32,000 nt of DNA from Planctomycetales bacterium (GTDB lineage Bacteria > 4484-113 > JAFGCY01). The notes beneath the pieces are model-generated. The model did no database searches, had not been told where the DNA came from, and saw only the letters and a program-made list of their open reading frames with translations. The DNA is taken from positions 360,001 to 392,000 of the forward strand of contig CP060262.1 of assembly GCA_022646745.1 (NCBI GenBank), written 5' to 3'. The translations under genes and the position numbers were made by a program. Positions 21,810-30,719 of the stretch are shown here, piece after piece (position 1 is the stretch's first letter; every line of letters starts with the position of its first letter).

Positions 21810-24539
21810 ATGACTGCTTACTGCCTGCGAGTGCTGCCTGCCGGCCTGCTTGCTCTGCTTCTCGCCTCTTGTGGAGGATCCACAACGTCCCAGAGCCCCG
21901 CTTCCCTGCATGAAGCGGCATTGGAGCTGCCTGAGATGGCCGGAATTCAGTGGCCTGCGGAGCTGCCTGCGGATGCCCTGCAGCCCTGGGAACGGGAGGC
22001 CAGCGGCATCAGCGCGGAATCCGAATTCCTGCCGGGGCGCGAAGCCTTCAGCAGCAGCCTGGCGGGTGCCAGCGAGAACGGTGAGGCCACGCGGCTGGAA
22101 AGCAGCACAGGCCAGTCCGCATGGGCGAGCTACCGGATCCCCACGGGCGGCGAGGCCCCGGGAGTTCTATCACTCGACGTGAACCTGCTGGCGCCAGATG
22201 CAGGTGGTGCATCGGAATACTTCGTCGGGCTGGCAAACTACGGCACGGGCCGCTGGCAGTGGCGCGGGCCATTCTCCGACAGCCATGTGCGCCTTGCCCT
22301 GCCGGACAGCGGAATGCTCAGCCCGGTAAACAGCTTCTTCGCCACTGTGCTCTGCCACAGGGGCAGCCGGATTGACATCGTGGGACTTGGCCTCGGGATG
22401 CGGATTGCCGACGACAGCACAGCGCCGCCAATGCCAATCGCCCTGACCGCCACGCCCGTGGCCGGCGGTGCCGAATTGCAGTGGTTCCCCGTGCTTTCAG
22501 GCGACCTGGCGGGCTATGAGCTCTTCTGGGCCGGGCAGTCCTTCAGCAACCCGCAGTCCGCCGGAGTGCGTAACCTTGGCTACATCGAAGGAAGCACGCA
22601 CACGGTGCTCAGCGGACTGGGCGGCGAGACATTCCTGCGCATTCGCTCCGTGGACCTGAATGGCAACGCCAGTGAACTGTCGGACGAGGTTTCCTTCACA
22701 GCACTCGCCGGCTCCGGGCCCAGCCTGCTTGTCAGTGCGGGATCCGCCAGTGCCGGGCTTGGTGAGGCGGTCAGTGTCAGCGTGAGCGGGGCCGAAAGCT
22801 ACGACTACGACACGGATGGCAACGGTGATTTCGACATCACGGCTGACAGCTCCGGCAGCTTCAGTGTGGACACCAGCCGCCCAGGCATCATCCGCCCACG
22901 CGTGCGCGCCAGCGGCAGCGGTGGCGAAGCGGTGGCCCTGGGCTCGGTCAGCCTGATCGTCACCAGCAACTCGCGGCCCGTTGCCAGCGCCACGGCGGAC
23001 CCGCAGAGCGGCCTGGCGCCACTGGACGTGACATTCACGGGTGAGGCCGAGGATGCCGAGGATGAGCAAAGCGCGCTGGAATTCGCCTGGGACTTCGACG
23101 GTGACGGCATCTTTGAAGTGGGGACCGATACGCTGACGCCTCCGCTGCAGAACTATGCGTCCGCGGGCATCATCAACGCCAAGCTGCGGGTGACCGACAG
23201 CCAGGGTGCCTGGGACGTTGACACGATCTCCATCCTGGCAACGGATGGCGGTGTCCATGCCGAACTGGCAATGGCACAGAGCCTGATCGGCAAGGGCGAG
23301 TATGCCATCTTCAGCGCGGAATCCAGCACTTCCTCGTCAATGATCACCAAGTATGAATGGGACCTGGACGGCGACCTGGTTTTCGAACTGGACACGGGCT
23401 TGGACCCGCTGCTGAAGCGGAGCTTTGACACGGTCGGCTTCCAGCAGGTTGCGCTGCGGGTCACGGATGACCTGGGCCGCTTCGATATTGACATTGACAC
23501 GCTGGTGGTGGAGGGCTGGTCCGACCCGGCGGACGTACCCGGGACCACCGGTAGCTTCATCAGCTACAGCACAGAGGTGGCCGGCTTCCCGGCCATCAGC
23601 TATGGGAACTCAGGAACGAACCAGATGATGTTTATCCGGGCCCTGGACTGGCAGGGAACCGCATGGGGAACACCAGTCGGAATCGGGGAACCGGGGCTTG
23701 ATGTGTACTATCCCCGGATGATCATCGTCAATGGCAACCCGGCGGTGGTCTACAGCGGCATCTCGGACGAACAGCTGCACTACGTACGTGCGCTGGATGC
23801 TGAAGGCAGCAGCTGGGCGGCCCCGATGGTTGTCACGACGGATGTCAGTGAGTCGGACATCAAGGGCCTGATCGTCGCTGACGGCAACCCGGCCATCAGC
23901 TACAAGCGCAAGAGTGACGGCGCCCTGATGTACGTCCGGGCGGTCAATCCGGAGGGCAGTGCGTGGAGCGCGCCGCTGGTCGTGGACAACAGCACCTCAT
24001 ATGCCGGCAGTGACATGGAGATAGTCAACGGGCGTCCCTGCATCGCCGCACGCAAGCAGAGCCCCAGCGAGCTCCACTGGTTCAGGGCGGCGAATCCGCA
24101 GGGCAGCTCCTGGGGCGCAGCGGTGGTGGTTGACGATGTCAACGTGGCGGGCCTGTATGCCGACATCGTGGTCACGGGCGGGCGGCCGGGGATATTCTAC
24201 CTTGACAATGACACCATCAAGTGGGTCATGTTCTGCATTGCTTCCGACATAAATGGATCTGCCTGGGAAACGCCGGTGCAGCTTGACAATGGCAGCAATG
24301 CCAACTCAAACCATGGAGCAGCGGTGATAGACGGCCGGCCGGCCGTCGGCTACAAGAATCCCGCCTTCGGCACGATGTTCATCCAGGCCAAGGATGCCCT
24401 GGGAAGCGATTGGGAAGCGCCGCAGGTCGTGATCCCGGCGGAACATGGCTTTCCCCACATGTGTGCCGTGGCTGACAGGCCTTTCGTTGTGATCGCGGGT
24501 AACAGCGGCAGCCTGACTTTCACTAATTTCAGACCCTAG
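21810..24539 (+). CDS. Large lipoprotein: unknown N-domain, FN3-like, PKD-like repeats, C-terminal 6-7-blade Asp-box-variant propeller
   Basis: 909 aa. Signal plus lipobox LLLAS-C-GGS. FN3-like segment (PIALTATPVAGGAELQWFPVLSGDLAGYELFW...LRIRSVDLNGNASELSDEV). PKD-like segments (LAPLDVTFTGEA...FAWDFDGDGIFE...AKLRVTDSQGAWDVD and YEWDLDGDLVFE...VALRVTDDLGRFDID). C-terminal repeats of ~50 aa with G(N/R)PA(I/V).Y...L.Y(V/I)RA.(D/N)..G(S/T).W..P. Confidence 0.85.
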   Translation: MTAYCLRVLPAGLLALLLASCGGSTTSQSPASLHEAALELPEMAGIQWPAELPADALQPWEREASGISAESEFLPGREAFSSSLAGASENGEATRLESSTGQSAWASYRIPTGGEAPGVLSLDVNLLAPDAGGASEYFVGLANYGTGRWQWRGPFSDSHVRLALPDSGMLSPVNSFFATVLCHRGSRIDIVGLGLGMRIADDSTAPPMPIALTATPVAGGAELQWFPVLSGDLAGYELFWAGQSFSNPQSAGVRNLGYIEGSTHTVLSGLGGETFLRIRSVDLNGNASELSDEVSFTALAGSGPSLLVSAGSASAGLGEAVSVSVSGAESYDYDTDGNGDFDITADSSGSFSVDTSRPGIIRPRVRASGSGGEAVALGSVSLIVTSNSRPVASATADPQSGLAPLDVTFTGEAEDAEDEQSALEFAWDFDGDGIFEVGTDTLTPPLQNYASAGIINAKLRVTDSQGAWDVDTISILATDGGVHAELAMAQSLIGKGEYAIFSAESSTSSSMITKYEWDLDGDLVFELDTGLDPLLKRSFDTVGFQQVALRVTDDLGRFDIDIDTLVVEGWSDPADVPGTTGSFISYSTEVAGFPAISYGNSGTNQMMFIRALDWQGTAWGTPVGIGEPGLDVYYPRMIIVNGNPAVVYSGISDEQLHYVRALDAEGSSWAAPMVVTTDVSESDIKGLIVADGNPAISYKRKSDGALMYVRAVNPEGSAWSAPLVVDNSTSYAGSDMEIVNGRPCIAARKQSPSELHWFRAANPQGSSWGAAVVVDDVNVAGLYADIVVTGGRPGIFYLDNDTIKWVMFCIASDINGSAWETPVQLDNGSNANSNHGAAVIDGRPAVGYKNPAFGTMFIQAKDALGSDWEAPQVVIPAEHGFPHMCAVADRPFVVIAGNSGSLTFTNFRP

Positions 24540-24555
24540 CAAGGCCTGCAACCAT

Positions 24556-24585
24556 TTGACAGGGGCAAAGCAGAAAGGGTATACA
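24556..24585 (+). promoter_or_regulatory. Sigma70-like promoter of the second tandem lipoprotein gene (duplicate of 21753-21782)
   Basis: TTGACA at 24556-24561, an 18-nt spacer, then TATACA at 24580-24585. The TTG start used by the ORF track at 24556 is the first three bases of this -35 hexamer. Confidence 0.5.
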
Positions 24586-24612
24586 TCAGGCATCTCCTGC
24601 AAGGAATATCCA

Positions 24613-27429
24613 ATGTCTGCTTACTGCCTGAGACTGCTGCCTGCCAGCCTGCTTGCCATGCTTCTTGCCTCTTGTGGAGGGTCCACAACCGTCCAGAGCC
24701 CTGCTTCCCTACCGGTCGAGAAAGCGGAGCTGCCTGAGATGGCCGGAATGCAGAGGCCTGCGGAACTGCCTGCGGATGCAGTGCAGCCCTGGGAACGGGA
24801 GGCGAGTGGGATCAGCGCGGAGTCGGAATTCCTGCCGGGGCGTGAAGCCTTCAGCACCAGCCTGACCGGAGCCAGTGAGAACGGTGAGGCCACCCGGCTG
24901 GAAAGCAGTTCCGGCCAGTCCGCCTGGGCCACATACCGGATCCCCACGGGCGGGGAAGCACCGGGAGTGCTCTCGCTGGATGTCAACATGCTGGCCCACT
25001 CCGATGCCGGCCTGTCGGAATACTACGTGGGAGTTGCCAACTACGGCACGGGCCGCTGGCAGTGGCAGGGTCCCTTTTCAGACAGCCACGTGCGCCTCGC
25101 CCTACCGGAGAACGGCGCGCTCAGTTCCGTGAACAGCTTCTTCGCCACCCTGCTCTGCCACGGTGGCAGCAATGTTGATATCGTGGGAGTCGGCCTCGGG
25201 ATGCGCAATGCGGATGACAACACACCGCCACCAGTGCCGATCGCCCTGACCGCCACGCCCGTGGCCGGCGGTGCCGAATTGCAGTGGTTCCCCGTGCTTT
25301 CAGGCGACCTGGCCGGCTATGAGATCTTCTGGTCCAGCCAGACCTTCTCGGCAGTGGAAGATGCCGGCGTGCGCAGCCGGGGCTGGATCGAGGGCAGCAC
25401 CCATACAGTACTGACAGGGCTGGCAGGAGAGACATTCATACGTGTGCGTTCTGTTGACCACAATGGCAACGCCAGTGAGTTTTCCGATGAGGTGGCAGTC
25501 ACTCCGCTGGTCGGAGCAGCCCTGCCCCTGCTCGTCAGTATTGACAGTGTCAGCAGCGGAGTGGGCGATCCCATCAGCATCACAGTGAGCGGGGCGGACA
25601 GCTATGACTATGACACGGATGGCAACGGCGTGTTCGACATCACCGGTGATGCAGGCGGCAGCTTCTCGGTTGACACATCGCAGCCCGGCATCATCCGCCC
25701 ACGGGTGCGGGCCAGCGGCAGCGGCGGGGAGCGGGTGGCACTGGGCTCCGTCAGCCTGATCGTCAGCAGCAACTCGCGGCCCGTTGCCAGCGCCACATCC
25801 GACAAGTCCGTGGACTACCTGGACTATGGCGGTTTCCAGGATGCGGCAATCACCTACACTGGTATTGCCGAGGACCAGGAGGACAGTGAGGAACAGCTCA
25901 GTTTCGCCTGGGACTTCGATGGCGACGGCATATACGAAGCGGATACGGATACACTGGCACCCGGCACGGTGCAGTACGACACGCCTGGTTCATATAACGT
26001 GAAGTTCCGGGCCACCGATTCCGCCGGTGCCTGGGATGTGGACACGCTCAACATTGACATCCGCATCAACCAGCCGCCGGTGGTGTACATTTCCGGTCCC
26101 AACAGGCTGTACCTGATGCCTGATGGCATCACGATCTTCAACAACTACTCCGTCACGGCCATGAATCCCGAAGGTGAGGAGGAGCTGAACTTCTACTTCG
26201 ATGAAGATGGCGATGGCAACCATGAGCAGACTGACACGGATGAGGAGAGTGCCAGCTTCGGTGTCACCTATGAGCGAGCCGGGCTCTATCCGGTGAGGGT
26301 CGAGGTGTACGACAGCAGGGGAGCTGCGGGGGTTGCCCAGATGATGGTGGAGGTCTACAACCATTCCCCGACCCGCGTGGAGACGGGAGCGCTTGACGGC
26401 ATCTCCAGTTCGCTGGTCGGCTTCCGGGGCGGCATCGCCCTCGCCTACCGCGACGGACTCGCTGATGAGCTGGAATTCATGTTCAGCCATGACAGCAGCG
26501 GCACGAACTGGACGGAGCCCCTGGTGCTCTCGGGAGCGGATGTCTGCAGCGGCCAGGTCAGCATCATGGCGGATGCCGGCGAGAATTACCTGGTGATCAC
26601 CTACAAGGATGAAACCACCGGAGACCTGCGCTTTGTGGAGAAGGATAGCGTGAACGGCGGCGGTGCCTGGACGGCACCTGCCTCGATTGACAGCGGACCG
26701 CAGTATGGGATCTATAACTCGCTGGTATTCAACGAGGACCTGTTCCGCTTCGGCTGCTTCTACTATGACGAGGACAATGGCGACCTGCTCTATGTACAGG
26801 CCACCAATGACAAGGGTACGTCCTGGGGCACACCCGTGAACGTGGTGTCCAACGCCGATGACACGGGGCAGTACTGCTCGGCGCAGATCGTGGATGGCAA
26901 CCCTGCGGTCTGCTACTACAACGTCTCGGACCAGGACCTGGAGTACATCCGCGCCGATGATGCCAACGGAACCAGCTGGGGCGCGATCATCGACGCCCAC
27001 AGTGTCAATGGCGAGGACGTCGGTGTGAACTGCCGTATGGCGCTTGGCCGCATCGGCTTTCCGATCATCGCCTTCAACAACCTGACAACCAACCGCATCC
27101 ACTACATCCGTTCCAACAATGCCCAGGGATCCAGCTGGGCCTACGACGACGGCGACCCGCTGGCGAACCTGAGCGGCGGGGACGGTTCTCTGTGCATCGG
27201 ATTCGATGGCACCCGCGCCTTTGCCGCGATGCACGTGAACGGGAAACTGTGGGTTTCGCAGGCCTTCTCCTTCAACAACACAAATTGGACCCCGGCCCGC
27301 CTGATTGACGATGACGACAGCGACAATGTCGGGCTCAACCCGGCGGTGGCCCTTGTGAACGGCCGCTATGTCGTGAGCTACTTCGACGAGGACAGCGGGG
27401 ACCTGAAGGTGCTGCTGCCCCGTTACTGA
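24613..27429 (+). CDS. Large lipoprotein, tandem paralog of 21810-24539 with an extra PKD-like module and a divergent propeller
   Basis: 938 aa from ATG 24613 (MSAYCLRLLPASLLAMLLAS-C-GGS). The first ~400 aa are closely similar to the upstream paralog, including a 74-nt identical DNA run (25240-25313 = 22437-22510). The C-terminal repeats carry SHDSSGTNW, ATNDKGTSW, ADDANGTSW and SNNAQGSSW. Confidence 0.85.
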   Translation: MSAYCLRLLPASLLAMLLASCGGSTTVQSPASLPVEKAELPEMAGMQRPAELPADAVQPWEREASGISAESEFLPGREAFSTSLTGASENGEATRLESSSGQSAWATYRIPTGGEAPGVLSLDVNMLAHSDAGLSEYYVGVANYGTGRWQWQGPFSDSHVRLALPENGALSSVNSFFATLLCHGGSNVDIVGVGLGMRNADDNTPPPVPIALTATPVAGGAELQWFPVLSGDLAGYEIFWSSQTFSAVEDAGVRSRGWIEGSTHTVLTGLAGETFIRVRSVDHNGNASEFSDEVAVTPLVGAALPLLVSIDSVSSGVGDPISITVSGADSYDYDTDGNGVFDITGDAGGSFSVDTSQPGIIRPRVRASGSGGERVALGSVSLIVSSNSRPVASATSDKSVDYLDYGGFQDAAITYTGIAEDQEDSEEQLSFAWDFDGDGIYEADTDTLAPGTVQYDTPGSYNVKFRATDSAGAWDVDTLNIDIRINQPPVVYISGPNRLYLMPDGITIFNNYSVTAMNPEGEEELNFYFDEDGDGNHEQTDTDEESASFGVTYERAGLYPVRVEVYDSRGAAGVAQMMVEVYNHSPTRVETGALDGISSSLVGFRGGIALAYRDGLADELEFMFSHDSSGTNWTEPLVLSGADVCSGQVSIMADAGENYLVITYKDETTGDLRFVEKDSVNGGGAWTAPASIDSGPQYGIYNSLVFNEDLFRFGCFYYDEDNGDLLYVQATNDKGTSWGTPVNVVSNADDTGQYCSAQIVDGNPAVCYYNVSDQDLEYIRADDANGTSWGAIIDAHSVNGEDVGVNCRMALGRIGFPIIAFNNLTTNRIHYIRSNNAQGSSWAYDDGDPLANLSGGDGSLCIGFDGTRAFAAMHVNGKLWVSQAFSFNNTNWTPARLIDDDDSDNVGLNPAVALVNGRYVVSYFDEDSGDLKVLLPRY

Positions 27430-27437
27430 GGGACATA

Positions 27438-27473
27438 GCAAAAAGCAGACGGGCCGCTCATGGGCAGCCCGTC
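27438..27473 (-). terminator. Candidate intrinsic terminator for the minus-strand thioredoxin-like gene(s)
   Basis: The minus strand reads GACGGGC-TGCCCATGAGCG-GCCCGTC followed by TGCTTTTTGC. 7-bp stem at 27448-27454 / 27467-27473. Confidence 0.55.
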
Positions 27474-27498
27474 CGCTCCTTGGTATCCGTAGTAGCTG

Positions 27499-27530
27499 CC
27501 GGTTCCGGCTTGCACCGGAACCGGTTTTGC
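27499..27530 (+). terminator. Candidate intrinsic terminator for the 24613-27429 gene
   Basis: CCGGTTCCGG-CTTGCA-CCGGAACCGG (perfect 10-bp stem, 27499-27524) followed by TTTTGC. Confidence 0.65.
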
Positions 27531-27560
27531 TTGCCGCCTCCCCAGGCAGGCAGTGGTTCC

Positions 27561-28085
27561 TTAGTTGAAGTAGTCCTTCTGGGCCTTCGCCACCAGCTCC
27601 ACCACCTCGTCCACGTAGCTCGGGCCGTTGGTGTCGCAGGTGCCGATCAGCTTGCCACCCTTGCCGAGCACCACCGTGGTGGGCCAGCCGTCACGCTTGT
27701 ACAGCTCGCTGAACTGGCCATCGCCGTCGATCACGACCGGCATGCTCAGGCTGCGGCTGTCCATGAAGCGCTGGGTCTCGCGCTCAGAGCTGTCGACCGA
27801 GTACATCAGGAAGTTGACCGCCTTGCCGTCCAGCTTGCCGTACAGGTTCTTGACGTAGGGCATGTGGCGCTGGCAGTGCGGGCACTCCGGGCTGAAGATG
27901 TGGAACACCAGCGGGGCTTCCGCGGTGAGGGCCTCGAGGTCCATCGTCTCGCCACTGAACATCTCAGTCGCGGAGAAGGAGTAGTCGCTGCCCCGGGCAG
28001 CCTCGGCACGGTTGATCCCGAGGGCCATGACCATCGCCAGGCCCATCAGGCTCATCATCAGTTTCAGAATGTTCGTCGATCGCAT
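27561..28085 (-). CDS. Secreted TlpA-like thioredoxin-fold thiol:disulfide oxidoreductase
   Basis: I prefer ATG 28083-28085 (MRSTNILKLMMSLMGLAMVMALGINRAEA), preceded by AAGGAAGG. CPHC active site within FSPECPHCQRHMPYVKNLY. Confidence 0.8.
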   Translation of the reverse strand: MRSTNILKLMMSLMGLAMVMALGINRAEAARGSDYSFSATEMFSGETMDLEALTAEAPLVFHIFSPECPHCQRHMPYVKNLYGKLDGKAVNFLMYSVDSSERETQRFMDSRSLSMPVVIDGDGQFSELYKRDGWPTTVVLGKGGKLIGTCDTNGPSYVDEVVELVAKAQKDYFN

Positions 28086-28349
28086 ATCACGCCTTCCTTT
28101 TTCCAAACCAGATGTGTTACCCGGCTGGTGGCACTGCGAAACAGTACCGCGCCAGATTCTGGCTTTCGATATGGATATTCCGAACTACACCTATATGTCA
28201 CCTTAGACCGGTGGGGCTAAAGTCTTGTTCCAGAGCGGGGTGCGGCGCTGGGAGATGGAATGAGGCGGATATGGGCCAGGGCTGCGCGCAAACGCGATCA
28301 AGCCAAAGCAATCTCAGTGGGGATGATCAATGAGAAGAAATGAGGAAAA

Positions 28350-28949
28350 TCAGTCCTCGAACCAGTTGGTTCCGTCCGATTCCTTATTGGCCTCTTCCTC
28401 GGCCTGGGCCTCCTGCTCGGCACGCAGCTCATCGAACTGCTCCTCCGCCTTCTCCACCAGCTTTTCCATCGTCTCGACATAGCTGGGGCCATTGATGTCG
28501 CAGGAGCCGACAAGCTTGCCGTCCACGCCGAACACCATCGTGTTCGGCCAGCCGCCGTCCTTCAGGTCCTTGGAGAAGCTGCCGTTGGAGAGGCAGATGG
28601 TGGGGAACTCGAGGTTGCGCTTCTTGAGGAAGCTCTGGGCGTCATTGGTCTTGCCGGTGACGCTGTAGGTGACGAAGTTGACCTTCTCGTGGTCCAGCTT
28701 CTTGTAGAGGCTGGAGAGGTAGGGCATGTGGCGCTGGCAGTGCGGGCAGTCCGGCGCCCAGACATGCAGCACGAGCGGCTTGTCGGCGGTCAGCTCGCTG
28801 AACTCCAGCATCTTGCCGCTTTCAATCTCACGCGCCTTGAAGGTGTAGTCCTTCTCGGTCGTGCGGCGGGTGCCCTGTGCATACGCGCTGCTGCACAGTG
28901 CGAACACCGCAAATAGCACCATCAGTTTGCCGAAATGCTTGATCAACAT
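28350..28949 (-). CDS. Secreted TlpA-like thioredoxin-fold protein, paralog of 27561-28085, with an acidic C-terminal tail
   Basis: I prefer ATG 28947-28949 (MLIKHFGKLMVLFAVFALCSSAYAQG signal). WAPDCPHCQRHMPYLSSLY has the same CPHCQRHMPY core as its neighbour. The tail is EEQFDELRAEQEAQAEEEANKESDG. Confidence 0.8.
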   Translation of the reverse strand: MLIKHFGKLMVLFAVFALCSSAYAQGTRRTTEKDYTFKAREIESGKMLEFSELTADKPLVLHVWAPDCPHCQRHMPYLSSLYKKLDHEKVNFVTYSVTGKTNDAQSFLKKRNLEFPTICLSNGSFSKDLKDGGWPNTMVFGVDGKLVGSCDINGPSYVETMEKLVEKAEEQFDELRAEQEAQAEEEANKESDGTNWFED

Positions 28950-29178
28950 GTTCCTGTCACCAGACTGCACATGATACCCGCGCAGGCCATGCGCATCGCC
29001 GGGAAGGGCTTGCCCGCCTTTCACCGGATAGCTAATCGGGAGCCGGGGCTGCGTGGTAAAACCGCGCCACCGGCTTTTGGCGCGCTAATTATAGTGGAAC
29101 CGCAGGCCGGTTCGCTGCTCCGGCGGGTCTCATTTCGCAGATCGGATGAGCACTGGGCCGGTGATAAAATCAGGATCT

Positions 29179-30711
29179 ATGTTCAAGCGCATCCTGGTTG
29201 CTAACCGAGGCGAAATCGCGGTGAGGATCATCCGCACCTGCCGTGAGATGGGCATTGAAAGCGTGGCGCTGTTCAGCGACGCGGATGCCAATGCACTGCA
29301 CATCGTGCTGGCGGACTATGCGGAGAACCTGCCGGGCACATCCCCGGCGGAGACCTACCTCAACATCGACAGGATCATCGAGATCTGCCGCAAGTACAAG
29401 GTCGATGCGCTGCATCCGGGATACGGCTTCCTCTCGGAGAACCCGCTGCTGGCCGAGGCCTGCGACAGGGCCAAGGTGAAGTTCATCGGCCCCGGCGCGC
29501 AGGCGATCCGTGACCTCGGCAACAAGGTCAAGGCCAAGGAGCTGGCGAAGAAGGCCGGCACGCCGATCAGCCCCGGCACGGAAGGAGCGGTGGCCGGCGT
29601 GGAGGAGGCGATCGAGTTCGCAAAGCAGGCCGGCTTCCCGCTGATGCTGAAGGCGGCCGCCGGCGGCGGCGGGCGCGGCATCCGCGTTGTGAAGAAGATG
29701 GAGGAGATGGAGAAGGCCTTCAGCTCCTGCCAGAACGAGGCGCGCGGCGCCTTCGGTGACGACTCGATCTTCATCGAGCGCTACATCGAGAACCCCAAGC
29801 ACATCGAGTTCCAGATCATCGCCGACGAGCATGGCAACGTGGTGCACCTCGGCGAGCGCGACTGCTCCGTGCAGCGCCGCCACCAGAAGCTGATCGAGGA
29901 GGCCCCCTCCCCCGCGCTCACGCCTGAGCTGCGGGAGAAGATGGGCGCCGCCAGCGTGGCGCTCGCGAAGGAAGCGGGCTATGCCAACGCCGGCACGGTG
30001 GAGTACCTGCTGGACAGCAGCGGCAACTTCTACTTCATGGAGATGAACACCCGCCTGCAGGTGGAGCACCCGGTGACGGAGATGATCACCGGCATCGACC
30101 TCGTACGCCAGCAGATCCGCGTGGCGGCCGGCGAGAAGCTGGAGTTCCGCCAGGAGGATGTGCAGATCAAGGGCTGGGCCTTCGAGGCGCGCATCAATGC
30201 CGAGGACCCCTACCGCGGCTTCATGCCGGCGCTCGGCCTGCTCAACCGCTACATCCCGCCGCAGGGCCCCGGCGTGCGGCTGGACTCCTGCGCCTACGAG
30301 GGCTTCGACATCCCCTCGCAGTACGACAGCATGGTTGCCAAGCTGATCACCTACGGGCCGGACCGCGAGACGGCGGCGATCCGCATGCTGCGGGCGCTGC
30401 ATGAGTTCATCGTGACCGGCGTGCGCACCACGATCCCGTTCCACGACTTCGTGTTCAGCCACCCGGTGTTCCGCAGCGGCGACTTCACCACCGCCTTCGT
30501 TGACAACTACTTCAGCGAGGAGCAGGTCAAGAAGCTGGTCAGTGGCCCGCAGGAGGGCATCAGCAGCGAGCAGATCGCGCTGGCGGCTGCGCTCAAGTAC
30601 TACCTGGACCGCAGCGAGGTGATCGTCAGCAACCAGGCCGACGACCGTGAGGCGGGGCGCCGCTGGGCCCTCGTCAACAGGCTGGCCAGCACCAGCTATC
30701 TCCCGAACTAG
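29179..30711 (+). CDS. accC: Biotin carboxylase (AccC-type ATP-grasp) with a ~60-aa C-terminal extension; could belong to acetyl-CoA or another acyl-CoA carboxylase
   Basis: I prefer ATG 29179 (MFKRILVANRGEIAVRIIRTCREMGI), the canonical biotin carboxylase N-terminus. Also present: GFPLMLKAAAGGGGRGIRVV, EMNTRLQVEHPVTE and GWAFEARINAEDP. The minus-strand ORF 29170-30720 is shadow. Confidence 0.9.
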   Translation: MFKRILVANRGEIAVRIIRTCREMGIESVALFSDADANALHIVLADYAENLPGTSPAETYLNIDRIIEICRKYKVDALHPGYGFLSENPLLAEACDRAKVKFIGPGAQAIRDLGNKVKAKELAKKAGTPISPGTEGAVAGVEEAIEFAKQAGFPLMLKAAAGGGGRGIRVVKKMEEMEKAFSSCQNEARGAFGDDSIFIERYIENPKHIEFQIIADEHGNVVHLGERDCSVQRRHQKLIEEAPSPALTPELREKMGAASVALAKEAGYANAGTVEYLLDSSGNFYFMEMNTRLQVEHPVTEMITGIDLVRQQIRVAAGEKLEFRQEDVQIKGWAFEARINAEDPYRGFMPALGLLNRYIPPQGPGVRLDSCAYEGFDIPSQYDSMVAKLITYGPDRETAAIRMLRALHEFIVTGVRTTIPFHDFVFSHPVFRSGDFTTAFVDNYFSEEQVKKLVSGPQEGISSEQIALAAALKYYLDRSEVIVSNQADDREAGRRWALVNRLASTSYLPN

Positions 30712-30719
30712 GCAAGCCA

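Noticed and set aside
24556-24612. ORF-track start (TTG 24556) for the second tandem lipoprotein
   Set aside because: That TTG is the first half of the TTGACA -35 hexamer of the duplicated promoter. The homologous position upstream of the first paralog is non-coding. ATG 24613 aligns with ATG 21810 and gives a proper lipoprotein signal peptide.
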